The notes under the pieces were generated by a model. That model saw only the letters and a program-made list of their open reading frames with translations. It had not been told where the DNA came from and made no database searches. From Planctomycetales bacterium 4572_13 (lineage in GTDB: Bacteria; Planctomycetota; Phycisphaerae; Sedimentisphaerales; Anaerohalosphaeraceae): a DNA stretch of 52,292 nucleotides. Shown here one piece after another: positions 37,271 to 48,200 of the stretch. Made by a program: the position numbers and the translations under genes. The stretch covers positions 1 to 52,292 of the forward strand of contig NBLM01000001.1 of the NCBI GenBank assembly GCA_002084585.1, in the 5' to 3' direction. Position 1 is the stretch's first letter, and each line of letters opens with the position of its first letter.

Positions 37271-40087
37271 ATGAAGCGAATCGTATCTATTGGAATCATC
37301 TTATTAAGTTTAGCAACAGGTTTTTGTTTTGGGTTGGGGAACAAGGTCAAGCCGGAACTGGAACCAGTTGCTCGGACAAACGAGAAACTCTTTGATTATC
37401 AGCAGATCACTTTAGAGAACGGACTGGAGGTGATTACGCTGGAAGATTTTTCGTGTCCGATCGTGTCGGTGAATGTATGGTACGAGGTCGGTTCCAAGGA
37501 CGAACAACCCGACCGCCAGGGCTATGCCCATATGTTCGAGCATATGATGTTCAAGGGAACCGACCGTGTCGGCGAGAAGGATCATTTTGGCCTGATCCGA
37601 AAGGCCGGGGGAACCTGCAACGCCTACACCAGCTTCGATAAAACCGTCTATCACGAAACCTTACCAGCCGACCAGATCGAACTGGCCCTGTGGCTGGAGG
37701 CCGAGCGGATGTCGTTTTTGAAGATCGACCAACATGCCTTTGACACCGAACGCAAGGTCGTCGAAGAAGAGTTGCGAATGCGTGAAAACCAGCCCTATGG
37801 AAATGTCTTTAAGAAGATGGCGGCGGAGTTCTTCACCGAACACCCCTACCGCTGGACACCCATCGGCAATCTGGCCCATCTGCGGGCAACGAGCGTGGCG
37901 GACCTTCGGGCATTCTGGACCGAGCATTATGTGCCAAACAATGCAACACTGATTATTGTAGGCGACATTAAACATAAAAAGGCGCAACAACTCGCCAAAA
38001 CATATTTCGGCTGGATTCCCGCCGGGCCCAAACAAAAGCGGGTAACCATCAAAGAACCACCGCCAACTGAAGCCAAGTCAATCGTTATTGATGACGAAAA
38101 TGCTCCCGCCGGACAGGTGGTTCTGGGTTGGCGCACGGTGCCAACGGGCCATCGGGATGAAACCGTACTTGACTTTCTGTCACAGATTCTCGGTAGCGGC
38201 CATAGCAGCCGCCTGTACCGCGCACTGGTCGCTGATACACAGGCGGCGGTTGAGGCGGGCTCGTGGACATACAACCTGCAGCAGGATGGCTTCTTTGTCG
38301 CAGAAGCCACGCTGCCCCAGACCTCGCAGGACTACGACGGGGTCATAGAGGCCCTGACTCAACAAATCCAGACCATTCAAACCAAGGGTATCAACGATGC
38401 AGAGCTTGGAAAAGCCCGCAACCAACTGCTCAAGGGCTTAGTCACATCGAATCTCAAAATTGAGAGCAAGGCACGATTGCTGGGAACCGCCGCTGTAACG
38501 ATGGGCGATGTCAGCAAAGTCAATACCTTCATCGATGACATCCGTTCGGTTACCAAAGAGGACATTCAACGAGCCGCCAATCAGTATCTGCAAACCGACC
38601 GTGTTTTCACATTCACAATCCGGCAAAATGACGGGATGCAGAATGCCAGCAAAGATGATGAAACCGCAGCGATTACCGCCGAACCGGAACTGACGGCCCC
38701 ATCTCCGGGCAGAGCCGGTGTCAAACGCCCTGCCCGTTTCCCCGCAAAGCCGCCAATGGCACAAAAAAAATCAGGGTCATTTGATCTGAAATATGAGCAG
38801 GCAACACTTTCAAACGGGCTAAAAGTCCTCGTTATCCAAAATCATGAGGTGCCGTTCGTGTCGGTCAAACTGGGATTGACAAACGGCGTCTGGACAGAAG
38901 CAAAGCCGGGAACCGCTGCAATGACCGCCGCAATGCTGACCCGAGGAACCACCCGGTATAGCGAAGCTGAATTTGCGATGGCCATGGATCAGTCGGCTAT
39001 CTCGATTGCCAGCAGCGCTGATATGGACACAGCGGGTGTCGATATGGACTGTTTGAAGGAAAAACTGGATATTGGAATACTGTTGCTAAGCCAGATGGTC
39101 CTAAAGCCGGCCTTTGAACAGGCCGAATTCGACAAACTGCTGCAGCAAACCATCTCGGAATTGAGCATCAAGGAGCAGGATCCTCGCTATCTCGCAAGTA
39201 AATATTTCAATCAAATACTGTTCGGCGAGCATCCGTACGCAAGAACCGTTCAGGGCGACACGCAGGACCTGAAACAACTCACAATCCAGGACATGAAGCA
39301 GTGGTGGGACAAATATGCCCGGCCGGAGGTTGCCACCTTGATTTTTGCCGGAGATATTTCCAAAACCCAAGCGGTTGTTCTGGCCGAAAACTACTTCGGG
39401 CAGTGGCGGCCTGCGACTATGACAACGCCAACCATGGCGGAAACTCCCAAAACAAAATCCACCACGATCTACATCATCAACCGGCCCGGCAGCGCACAGG
39501 CACAAATCAAAGTCGGACAATTGGGAATCACCCGGCGCGAGCAGCCGGACTATTTCATCGGTCTTTTGTCCGGTGCTTATTTTGGCGGTTCGTTTAATAG
39601 TCGACTTAATGAGAGCATCCGTGTTAAGCGGGGTCTGACCTACGGGGCCTGGGGTGGATACCAAGCCCGAAACTTTGCGGGGACTTTTGAGGTTTCTACA
39701 TTCACAAAAAACGAATCCGTCGCAGAAACGATCCGAGTCATCCTTGAGCAGATCAATGAATTCCAAACAGTTCAGCCAACAGATGCGGAACTTGACGATA
39801 CACGCAGTTATTTTGTCGGTAGCTTTGCCAGCCGGCGAGAAACACCGCAGGATGTCGCTGGGGATCTGTGGTTGACCGAATCGCAGGGACTTGGAAACAA
39901 TTATTTCAAGAAACTCTTTGATGCGATTGACAAAGCGACAAAACAGGATTGCGTCACCCTAGCGAAAAAGACCCTCGACACGGCCCAAATGGCGATCATC
40001 GTCATTGGCGATGCTGAAAAGCTGAAAGATGCCTTAGCGGAGATAGCACCAACACAGGTCATTGAGCTGGACACAACGAAGAAGTAA
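37271..40087 (+). CDS. Secreted M16-family zinc peptidase, tandem double unit (PqqL-like)
   Basis: Signal peptide and the HMFEH (HxxEH) zinc motif with a downstream E-rich helix in the first unit. The second ~450-aa unit is M16-like without HxxEH. Confidence 0.9.
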   Translation: MKRIVSIGIILLSLATGFCFGLGNKVKPELEPVARTNEKLFDYQQITLENGLEVITLEDFSCPIVSVNVWYEVGSKDEQPDRQGYAHMFEHMMFKGTDRVGEKDHFGLIRKAGGTCNAYTSFDKTVYHETLPADQIELALWLEAERMSFLKIDQHAFDTERKVVEEELRMRENQPYGNVFKKMAAEFFTEHPYRWTPIGNLAHLRATSVADLRAFWTEHYVPNNATLIIVGDIKHKKAQQLAKTYFGWIPAGPKQKRVTIKEPPPTEAKSIVIDDENAPAGQVVLGWRTVPTGHRDETVLDFLSQILGSGHSSRLYRALVADTQAAVEAGSWTYNLQQDGFFVAEATLPQTSQDYDGVIEALTQQIQTIQTKGINDAELGKARNQLLKGLVTSNLKIESKARLLGTAAVTMGDVSKVNTFIDDIRSVTKEDIQRAANQYLQTDRVFTFTIRQNDGMQNASKDDETAAITAEPELTAPSPGRAGVKRPARFPAKPPMAQKKSGSFDLKYEQATLSNGLKVLVIQNHEVPFVSVKLGLTNGVWTEAKPGTAAMTAAMLTRGTTRYSEAEFAMAMDQSAISIASSADMDTAGVDMDCLKEKLDIGILLLSQMVLKPAFEQAEFDKLLQQTISELSIKEQDPRYLASKYFNQILFGEHPYARTVQGDTQDLKQLTIQDMKQWWDKYARPEVATLIFAGDISKTQAVVLAENYFGQWRPATMTTPTMAETPKTKSTTIYIINRPGSAQAQIKVGQLGITRREQPDYFIGLLSGAYFGGSFNSRLNESIRVKRGLTYGAWGGYQARNFAGTFEVSTFTKNESVAETIRVILEQINEFQTVQPTDAELDDTRSYFVGSFASRRETPQDVAGDLWLTESQGLGNNYFKKLFDAIDKATKQDCVTLAKKTLDTAQMAIIVIGDAEKLKDALAEIAPTQVIELDTTKK

Positions 40088-40098
40088 TTATCCAGAAT

Positions 40099-40134
40099 AA
40101 AAGACCTGTTCGATTTGCATCGTACAGGTCTTTT
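40099..40134 (+). terminator. Rho-independent terminator after the M16 peptidase gene
   Basis: Stem AGACCTGT (40102-40109) / ACAGGTCT (40124-40131) flanked by AAA/TTTT. Confidence 0.7.
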
Positions 40135-40233
40135 CCATATCGATAAGACCCGTTCACATAACTTCCAGTTGTCGAGGACTCCACGAATCACGGTTGTATT
40201 GGATGGCTTTAGGGGTTACAATGACCCTCAATT

Positions 40234-41952
40234 ATGCTGAAACGATTTATTAAATATTATAAGCCGCATCGGTGGCTGTTTTGTCTGACGATGGCGGCCG
40301 CTGTGGCCGGAGCGGGTTTGACCGTGCTAATCCCCGCCATAACTCGCCGGCTGCTGGATGAGTGCATCCCCAATAACGATCTGATGGGGATCATCCAAAA
40401 TCTGATTTGGATGCTGATGCTGATCGTCATCACGACCGTGATGAGCTACATTCGCGTCAAGTGGGGACATATTCTCGGCGTTCGGATGGAGTTTGATATG
40501 CGGGCAGAGTTCTTCGGCCATATCCAAAAACTCAGCTTTAACTACTTTGACAATGTCAAGACCGGGCATTTAATGAGCCGCATCGCCAGCGATCTCAACC
40601 AGATCGCTGAAGTCGCCCACCACGCCCCGGAAGATTTGATGATCTCGCTGACGCTGCTGGTGGGGGCCTTTATCGCCATGTTTAGTTTCAATGCCCCGCT
40701 GGCCGCCATCGCAATCCTCCCGATACCGTTTATGATTGGCTGGGGAGTTTTTTACGGCGGCAGTATGCGTAAGGGATTTCGTAATGTCCGCAAACGAATC
40801 GCCGATATTAACAGCCGTGTCGAGAACTCCGTCCAGGGCATCCGCGAAGTGAAGTCGTATGCCAATGAAGAAGAGGAAATCGACAAATTCGAGGTCGTTA
40901 ATATCAGCTTCCGCTCGGCAAAGGAGAAAATGTACGGCATTATGGCGATCTTCTTTTCCGTGATGAGTTTTTTGATCGAAAGCTATTTTTTCGTCGTCAT
41001 CGCCGGCGGGGTGATATTGATCCATTTCGGAAACGAAGTTACCTCCGGCGATTTGCTGGCGTTTATCCTGTATGTCTATTTCATCCTGAATCCAATCCGC
41101 CGGCTGGTAAACTTTGCCGAACAGTTCCAGCAGGGAGCGGCATGCTTTGAGCGGTTTACCGAGGTGATGGATATCGAGCCGGACATCGTGGATAAAAAAG
41201 ACGCCCACATATTTGAGCCGGTTAAGGGTGAGATTATCTTCGATCATGTCAGCTTCAAATACGCTCAGTCGCACGAGACGGTTCTGGAAGACATCTCGTT
41301 GCAAATTCCCTCACATAAGACCATCGCTATCGTCGGCGAATCCGGCGCTGGAAAATCGACGGTTGTTTCGCTGATCCCCCGCTTCTATGAACCCCAACAG
41401 GGAACGATTCGTATTGACGGGCATGACATTATGGACCTGAAGCAGAAGTTTCTGCGTGAAAATATCGGCATCGTTCAGCAAAATGTGTTCCTGTTCGATT
41501 CAACCATTCGGGATAATATCATGTACGGTAATCCCGATGCATCCGAGGAACAACTCATCGATGCGGCTCAAAAGGCAAATATCTATGACTATATCCAATC
41601 GCTTCCGGAGGGGTTTGATACACTCGTCGGCGAACGAGGCGTGAAACTATCCGGCGGACAAAAACAGCGGATTTCTATCGCACGGGTCTTTTTGAAGAAC
41701 CCGCCGGTGTTTATCTTTGACGAGGCGACCAGTTCACTGGATACTGAGTCGGAGCTTCTGATCCAGCAATCATTGGAACTGCTGAGCCAAAACCGCACCA
41801 CAGTCATCATCGCCCATCGACTCAGTACCATCAAAAACGCCGATTACCTGTATGTGATGAACCAAGGTCGTATCGTTGAGCACGGAACCCACACCCAACT
41901 GCTCGAAAAGAAAGACTACTACCACAAACTGTACACGATGAATCTGTTTTGA
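40234..41952 (+). CDS. ABC exporter, fused permease/ATPase (MsbA-like type I exporter)
   Basis: Six-TM N-terminal domain, then GESGAGKST (Walker A), LSGGQKQR (signature), IFIFDEATSSLD (Walker B) and an H-loop AHR. Confidence 0.92.
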   Translation: MLKRFIKYYKPHRWLFCLTMAAAVAGAGLTVLIPAITRRLLDECIPNNDLMGIIQNLIWMLMLIVITTVMSYIRVKWGHILGVRMEFDMRAEFFGHIQKLSFNYFDNVKTGHLMSRIASDLNQIAEVAHHAPEDLMISLTLLVGAFIAMFSFNAPLAAIAILPIPFMIGWGVFYGGSMRKGFRNVRKRIADINSRVENSVQGIREVKSYANEEEEIDKFEVVNISFRSAKEKMYGIMAIFFSVMSFLIESYFFVVIAGGVILIHFGNEVTSGDLLAFILYVYFILNPIRRLVNFAEQFQQGAACFERFTEVMDIEPDIVDKKDAHIFEPVKGEIIFDHVSFKYAQSHETVLEDISLQIPSHKTIAIVGESGAGKSTVVSLIPRFYEPQQGTIRIDGHDIMDLKQKFLRENIGIVQQNVFLFDSTIRDNIMYGNPDASEEQLIDAAQKANIYDYIQSLPEGFDTLVGERGVKLSGGQKQRISIARVFLKNPPVFIFDEATSSLDTESELLIQQSLELLSQNRTTVIIAHRLSTIKNADYLYVMNQGRIVEHGTHTQLLEKKDYYHKLYTMNLF

Positions 41953-42195
41953 TTTCAGTCTTCAGTATTTACTTTTCAATGTACAAATGCCGGTGAACAG
42001 TCTTTTTAGCACAACACCCACAAGCTACGCTTGAAGGTGCCACCCGTCATTACTATCGTCGTTTCAGATACTTTTGCAGGGTTCGGCACCACAGGGCAAA
42101 AGCATTGTTATTATTCAAGTACTTTGTTGTCATCAAAAATACATCCTTTTCATGAAAACGTGGGCTTTTATGGCCTCTCTGTATTAACCGACAGA

Positions 42196-42341
42196 CCTGC
42201 GCATTTTGGTCGAAATGGCGAAATGGCGAGGGGGTATGAAACTGATAAGTGCCGGTGAGATAAGGCGATAAAAATTTCTATTTTTTTGGATTTTTGGTTT
42301 TCAACCCCTGCGCTTTTTGGTCGAAATGGCGAAATGGCGAG
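42196..42341. repeat. Pair of 35-nt direct repeats (34/35 identical) 111 bp apart
   Basis: CCTGCGC(A/T)TTTTGGTCGAAATGGCGAAATGGCGAG at 42196-42230 and 42307-42341. Each contains a tandem GAAATGGC GAAATGGC. The sequence between and around the copies is unrelated and AT-rich. Confidence 0.85.
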
Positions 42342-42358
42342 ATGGGCGCGTTCCCGTG

Positions 42359-43507
42359 TCAGGTTCGCATGGAGTCTATTTCTATCAGGGCTACGGGGAA
42401 GAAGATGAATATGGGCGTCCAGGCCCAGATGGCGGGGCGGATCTGGCCGAGGAATACCTCGGTGGCAAAGAGGTCGCAGACGAAGACCACGAGAAAGCAG
42501 CTTAGTGTGGTCAAAAAGCTGATGAGAACGGCTGTTTTCATGGCCTTGGGGTCGCGGCAGACCAGTACCGGCAAGGCGACCATCAGCATAATTAAGTTGA
42601 TGATGGGCTTGGTGACGCGGCTGTGTTTTTGCAGGGCCAGAGCGGCCATATCGGTGGTTCGCACGCCTGTATTGTTTTCGAGTTCGGTCAACTGCCGCAA
42701 GCTCAACAGCGACTTAAAGCCCTCGCGTTTGCGAATGGGGATATCGCCGGCGGTCAGATTGCTCTTATAGAAATCAATGGATTTACTCTGGCGACCCTCC
42801 GTTAGCTCGGTGTCGCCGCCGCCGAGAAGCATCTGTTGTCCGCCCGTTAAAACCCAACCGCCGCGCTGGGCATCATAGACGGCTGATGCGGCCCGAATCT
42901 TGCCGGTGACACGATAAATATCGCCGGAACCATCGACCGGCTCCCTTATAATAATAAAGGGTTCATCGAGCGTTTTTGTTTTTTCGTCATATTCTTGGCT
43001 GCAAAACAAGCTGCCCCTGTCATCGCCAACAAACCAGATGTCGTAAGCGTTCTCATAGGAAAGTTCGTCATGTTCACGGGTTAGCTCATAGGCGTACTTG
43101 GGTATCAAAAATTCCTGATCGGCGACCATCAGGCCGGTTAAGAACACCGACAGCAGGAGGATCGGGGCGAGAATCCGTTTGAGCGACATCCCGGAAGCCA
43201 TGACGGCAACGAGTTCGTTGCTGCGGGTCATGCGAGTCAGGGAGAATACCGCCGCGATGACGATAATCATACCCGCCATATCCTTGTACCACAGGGCGCA
43301 GCGGATGCCATAAAAACGAACGACATTCATCATGACATCCATCATGGTCATTTCATGCCCGGTCGCATCCTCCATTCCTAATAGCTCGGCGAATTCGTCG
43401 AGGTTCATAAAGAGATCGATCGTCAGGAACATCCCGATCATAACGAACAGTGAAATGAAGTAGCCGTACAGAAAATTTTTAGCGATATATCGATCGAGTA
43501 TTTTCAT
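42359..43507 (-). CDS. LptF/LptG-family (YjgP/YjgQ) LPS export permease
   Basis: MKILDRYIAKNFLYGYFISLFVMIGMF N-terminus typical of the family, with a 3+3 TM layout around a periplasmic domain. Confidence 0.85.
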   Translation of the reverse strand: MKILDRYIAKNFLYGYFISLFVMIGMFLTIDLFMNLDEFAELLGMEDATGHEMTMMDVMMNVVRFYGIRCALWYKDMAGMIIVIAAVFSLTRMTRSNELVAVMASGMSLKRILAPILLLSVFLTGLMVADQEFLIPKYAYELTREHDELSYENAYDIWFVGDDRGSLFCSQEYDEKTKTLDEPFIIIREPVDGSGDIYRVTGKIRAASAVYDAQRGGWVLTGGQQMLLGGGDTELTEGRQSKSIDFYKSNLTAGDIPIRKREGFKSLLSLRQLTELENNTGVRTTDMAALALQKHSRVTKPIINLIMLMVALPVLVCRDPKAMKTAVLISFLTTLSCFLVVFVCDLFATEVFLGQIRPAIWAWTPIFIFFPVALIEIDSMRT

Positions 43508-43552
43508 TTTTATTTTTTTAGACAGAATTCACAGGATTAACAAGATTTCCTT

Positions 43553-45166
43553 TTAGGTTCGTAAGAGTTTTCGGTATATCCACAGGGTCAATATCGCCAG
43601 CACCACCAGGCCGAGCCACATCACGGCGACACCGGTTAAAGCCGGGGTCGATGGATTTTTGGTCAGTTCTTTGCCGGCAAGGATGAAGACCACCAATACA
43701 CCACCGGGGATGGCACTGGCACCGAACGCACTGAGCATATGGCCGCCGCGGAACTGAATGCCGAGGGCGATACCGGTTAAGATCAGGGCGATACTGCCAA
43801 GGCCCAAAACCAGCCGGGAATGAATCTCGGAATAAATCTTATTGTCAACCTTCTCTAATTTATAGGGTATTCTTTTGCAAAGTTTTTTGAGCCGATCGCT
43901 GCGTGGACCTTTCAGCACGGACGCATCGCTGTCCGCCGCTGAAACAGTTGCCATAATGCCATCCATGGGCACCTTGTCCGCCAGCAATTGTGGAAAGCGG
44001 ACATTATTAACAAATTTGCGAACAGCTTTGCCCGGTTCAACACCGTGGCGTTTCCACGAAGGACTGTCCAAGGTCATTTCAAGCCGCAGATTCTCATCCT
44101 CACCGTCATTCTCAAGGGACATCCTGCCTTTGTTACTGGTGTATTCGACAGTCATTGCGGTCACAAGTTTGTCCACCTGTATCAGTTGGATCGGTGCTTC
44201 GAGAATCAGCGTATTGGCCCGATGTGGATCCACTTTGCATTCGCCAACACTCAGATGATAGCTGCGCGACCCATCGGCATCTTCCAATTGATAGTAGCTG
44301 TCGGTTTGCTGCATTTGGATATTGATGTCCCGTGCGAGTATCTCTATAGCCAATTGGGCGCGGGCCTGCATAATTAGTTTTCGGATGGGAAAAAAGTTCA
44401 TCTTATTCTGCTGAATTCGTTTAAGCTGTTCGATCTTCTGGAACTTAATACTGTCGGAAAGCAGGGAGGGAAATTGTGTTTCAATCGTCGTGTCACCGAT
44501 CTGGCCCCAATCATTTTCGTTAAAACGGTAGGCATTTTTTGCGACAATCGTTGCCTTGTTATAAGTACGGTGCGTTTCAATCCGCACCTTGGCCTGTTCG
44601 GCGGTAACAAGCCAACCCGGTTCACCCTCCGGAAGATTGACAATGACAATACCCTCCAGAAGATTTTTTTCGGGGTTGGCACGGTCCGCGTAGAGTCGAT
44701 ACGGACTCCCCGGCAGCGTGTAGGAACCCTTTCGCTGGATATTGCGGAACAAGATGTGCTCGGCGTTAGCCTTGACGCTTTGTTCGCTGCGTTGGATAAA
44801 CGCCGGGGCGACATAAAAACTTAACATCAAATTCGCCACCGCGACAAAGATGGCCAATGTCAGACCGGGATAGACCAGCGTCCATAAGCTGATTCCGCTG
44901 GCACGGCAAGCGTCCAGTTCACGGTCCGAGGCGAAACGACCGTAGATCAGGGAAGAGGCGAATAAGGCGCTCATCGGCAGCACAAAAGTCAGTGCGATCG
45001 GCAGGAAATAGCCGAGTAAATGGATGATCTGACCGGGACTGATGCCGAAGTCCTGGAACATCGGGACCAGCAGACCGACGCTGATCATCAGTGTCAACAC
45101 CACAGTCGCCAGAAAAAAGGACCGAAACAATTCACGAAATATGTACCGATGCAGGGTTAAAACCAT
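43553..45166 (-). CDS. LptF/LptG-family permease with enlarged periplasmic domain
   Basis: LHRYIFRELFRSFFLATVVLTLM N-terminus. 537 aa with about 300 aa between TM3 and TM4. Confidence 0.85.
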   Translation of the reverse strand: MVLTLHRYIFRELFRSFFLATVVLTLMISVGLLVPMFQDFGISPGQIIHLLGYFLPIALTFVLPMSALFASSLIYGRFASDRELDACRASGISLWTLVYPGLTLAIFVAVANLMLSFYVAPAFIQRSEQSVKANAEHILFRNIQRKGSYTLPGSPYRLYADRANPEKNLLEGIVIVNLPEGEPGWLVTAEQAKVRIETHRTYNKATIVAKNAYRFNENDWGQIGDTTIETQFPSLLSDSIKFQKIEQLKRIQQNKMNFFPIRKLIMQARAQLAIEILARDINIQMQQTDSYYQLEDADGSRSYHLSVGECKVDPHRANTLILEAPIQLIQVDKLVTAMTVEYTSNKGRMSLENDGEDENLRLEMTLDSPSWKRHGVEPGKAVRKFVNNVRFPQLLADKVPMDGIMATVSAADSDASVLKGPRSDRLKKLCKRIPYKLEKVDNKIYSEIHSRLVLGLGSIALILTGIALGIQFRGGHMLSAFGASAIPGGVLVVFILAGKELTKNPSTPALTGVAVMWLGLVVLAILTLWIYRKLLRT

Positions 45167-45267
45167 TGTTTAGTTCTTAGTTCGTAGTTCGTAGATTACA
45201 GTTTTAGCTCACAATCGCTGGTATTGTGCCAGAAAGTAACTGATTTGACAACAGAAATCTGTAACGA

Positions 45268-48200
45268 CTACGGATTAACATCCGGCTTTGAAGCGGAGCG
45301 GCCAAATACGGTTAAAAAGAAGGTCTTGGCGGCTGATTTGGAGTCTTCGAGGATCATATAGAGTGCCGGGACGAGAATCAGCGTAATGATGGTCGCGAAG
45401 AGTACGCCGAATGCCAGTGAGACCGCCATCGGAATCAGAAAACGAGCTTGTAAGCTCTTTTCGAGCATCATCGGCATCAGACCGCAGAAGGTCGTCAGCG
45501 TTGTCAGCAGGATCGGGCGAAAACGGCGCGTTACCGAATCGCGGATCACCTGTTTTAAGGCAATGCCTTCGGCTCGCTCACGATTGATCAGGTCAATCAT
45601 GATCAGCGAATCATTGACAACGATACCGGTCAGCGCGACAATCCCGAAGACCGACAAAATGGATAACTGAAAACCCATCACAATATGCCCGACCAGCGCA
45701 CCGACCAGTCCAAACGGAATCGCCGACATGATAATCGCCGGCTGCATATAACTGCGGAACTGGACCGCCAGCAATCCGAAAATCGCCATCATCGCAATAA
45801 TCGCACTGGTTCCCAAACTTTTAGCCACATCCTGCTGGTCGCGCTGCTCGCCTTCGAAATCATAGGACAGGCCCGGATATTTTTCACTGAGCGCTGGCAG
45901 CACCTTATGTTTTAGATCCGCAACCACTTCGTTACTGGTCGTAACCGACTGATCCACATCGGCCGTTACACTGACCACGCGGCGGCGGTCCGTACGATTG
46001 ATAGCGGCGTAACCGCGACCCAGATGCACGGTCGCCACTTCCCTAAACGGAATCTCGGTGCCGTCTTTGAGGCGAATCCTCATATTTTCAACATCTGCCA
46101 GCGAAGTTCGCTCATCCTCCGGATAGCGAACCATCACACGAATGTCATCCCGGCCGCGCTGGACCCGCTGGACCTCGTCGCCGTAGAAACCCTGCCGCAC
46201 CTGTCGGGCTAAGTCTTCCCATGTCAACCCCAGCATTCGGCCGCTATTGGTCAGCGATAGTTTCAGTTCCAGTTTTCCCGCCTCGAAAGTATCCGAAATA
46301 TCATACACACCACTATATTCGGCGAGAACCTGTTTCATCTCCTCAACCGCCGCCAACAGTACCTCGAAATCGCGATGGCTCATCTCGACATAAATCGCAG
46401 TGCCACCGTGAAACAAGGACGAGGTAAATGTCAAACTCGAAACGCCGGGGACCTGCCCCACTTCTTCTCGCCACATACCGGCGATTTTTTCTGACGAGTA
46501 TTCACTATCCCGGTATTCCCCTTTGAGCAATTGAATATTGATCTCTGCCGCATGCGAACCGCTGTCCGAAGAGGTTGGCGGGCCGCCGGCATCGCCGCGA
46601 GTGAATGGTTGCTGGCCGATATCGGTGGACATATGCACGAACATCGGCTGCAGCGGCTCGTTTTCGTTTCCTAATCCGACTTTCATCTTAAGTTTTTCCC
46701 AGACGGAATGGTTGCTGTTTTCCCGGCGTTCGGTTTCTATTCGTTCCTCAATACGCATCGCGGCGTCTTCGATCCGAGCAACCACCTCGCGCGTCTGCTC
46801 AACGCTGGTTCCCATTGGCATCGACAGCGACGCCCACACATTATCCGACTCGACCTTGGGCAGCAGGGAGAACTTGATAAACCCGCCGCTGACATAGCCA
46901 ATCGCGATACACAAAACCAGAAACGCACAGGCCACCGTTGCATAACGCCAACGAACCGCCCATTGCACGAAGGGGGCAAACCATTTCTCAACGAATAATT
47001 CCAGGTGCACGCGCACCCATCGCTGGACTCGTCCCACTATGCCCAGATGTTCACGTTTGGAGGCAATGGGGCGTCCACCGGATAAATGCGCTGGCAGGAT
47101 CAACAATGCCTCAATCAATGAGAAAGCCAGCACCGGGATCACCACCATCGGGATGACGCGGATGAACTTACCGAAAATGCCGTAGATATAGAGCAGCGGC
47201 ATAAACGCGAAGATGGTTGTCAGCACCGCCATTGTTACCGGGGCCGCCATTTCACGGGCGCCTTTGATCGCCGCTTCGACCGGCGTCATCCCTTGTTGAC
47301 GATATTCAAAGATATTTTCACCGACGACAATCGCGTCATCAACCACGATACCCAACGCCAGGATAAACCCAAACAGCGACATCATATTGATTGAGGTGTC
47401 CAGATACGGCATCATCCAGAAGGCCCCCATAAACGAAATCGGGATACCCATTGTCGTCCAAAACGCCAGCCGTAAATCCAGAAACAATGCCAGTACAATG
47501 AAGACAAGCACTAAACCAAACAACGCATTTCTTTTCAGCAATCCAAGACGCGCTTCCAACATCTTGGAACGATCAAACCAAGTACCAACAGAGATCCCTT
47601 CGGGCAATGAGTTGCGATTATCTTCAATATACTGTTTAACAGTCGCCACCAAATCCAGCAAGTTTTGTGTGCCCACGCGATAGACCTGCAACTGCACCGA
47701 GCGTTTGCCGTCAAAATAGCTCGCCTTGTCGGAATCTTCAAAGCCGTCAATCACCGTGGCAATATCAGCCAGGTGAACGGTTGTCCCATCGGGTCGTGTC
47801 AGGACGACGATCTTTTCAAACTCGCCGCCGCGATAGCGCTGGCCCTTGGTACGAATCAGAATTTCACCGCCGGTGGTCTTGACCGAACCGCCGGGCAGGT
47901 CCAGCGATGCGTTTCTGACTGCTTTTGAAATATCGCTAAAACTCAGCCCATATCGACGCAAGTTTTCTTCCGACACTTCAATCGAAATTTCATACCGGCG
48001 AGCACCGGTCACATCCACCTGTGAGATATTGGGCATCGCGGTTAATTCGTCCCGCATCTGCTCGGCCAGTTCCTTCAGCGTTCGTTCGGATACATCGCCG
48101 TACAGCACCATTGTAATGACATGATTGCGAATTGTTTCTTCTTTGATGATCGGTTCTTCGGTCTCTTTAGGGAAAGTGATAATGCGATCCACCGCGGCCT

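Noticed and set aside
42196-42341. Possible CRISPR array
   Set aside because: There are only two repeat copies, a single 76-nt spacer, no cas genes in the window, and the repeat is not palindromic. It is reported as a direct repeat instead.
42031-42770. Plus-strand ORFs 42031-42258 (75 aa) and 42294-42770 (158 aa)
   Set aside because: The first lies in AT-rich sequence with no SD and an implausible composition. The second is mostly antisense to the LptG-like gene.
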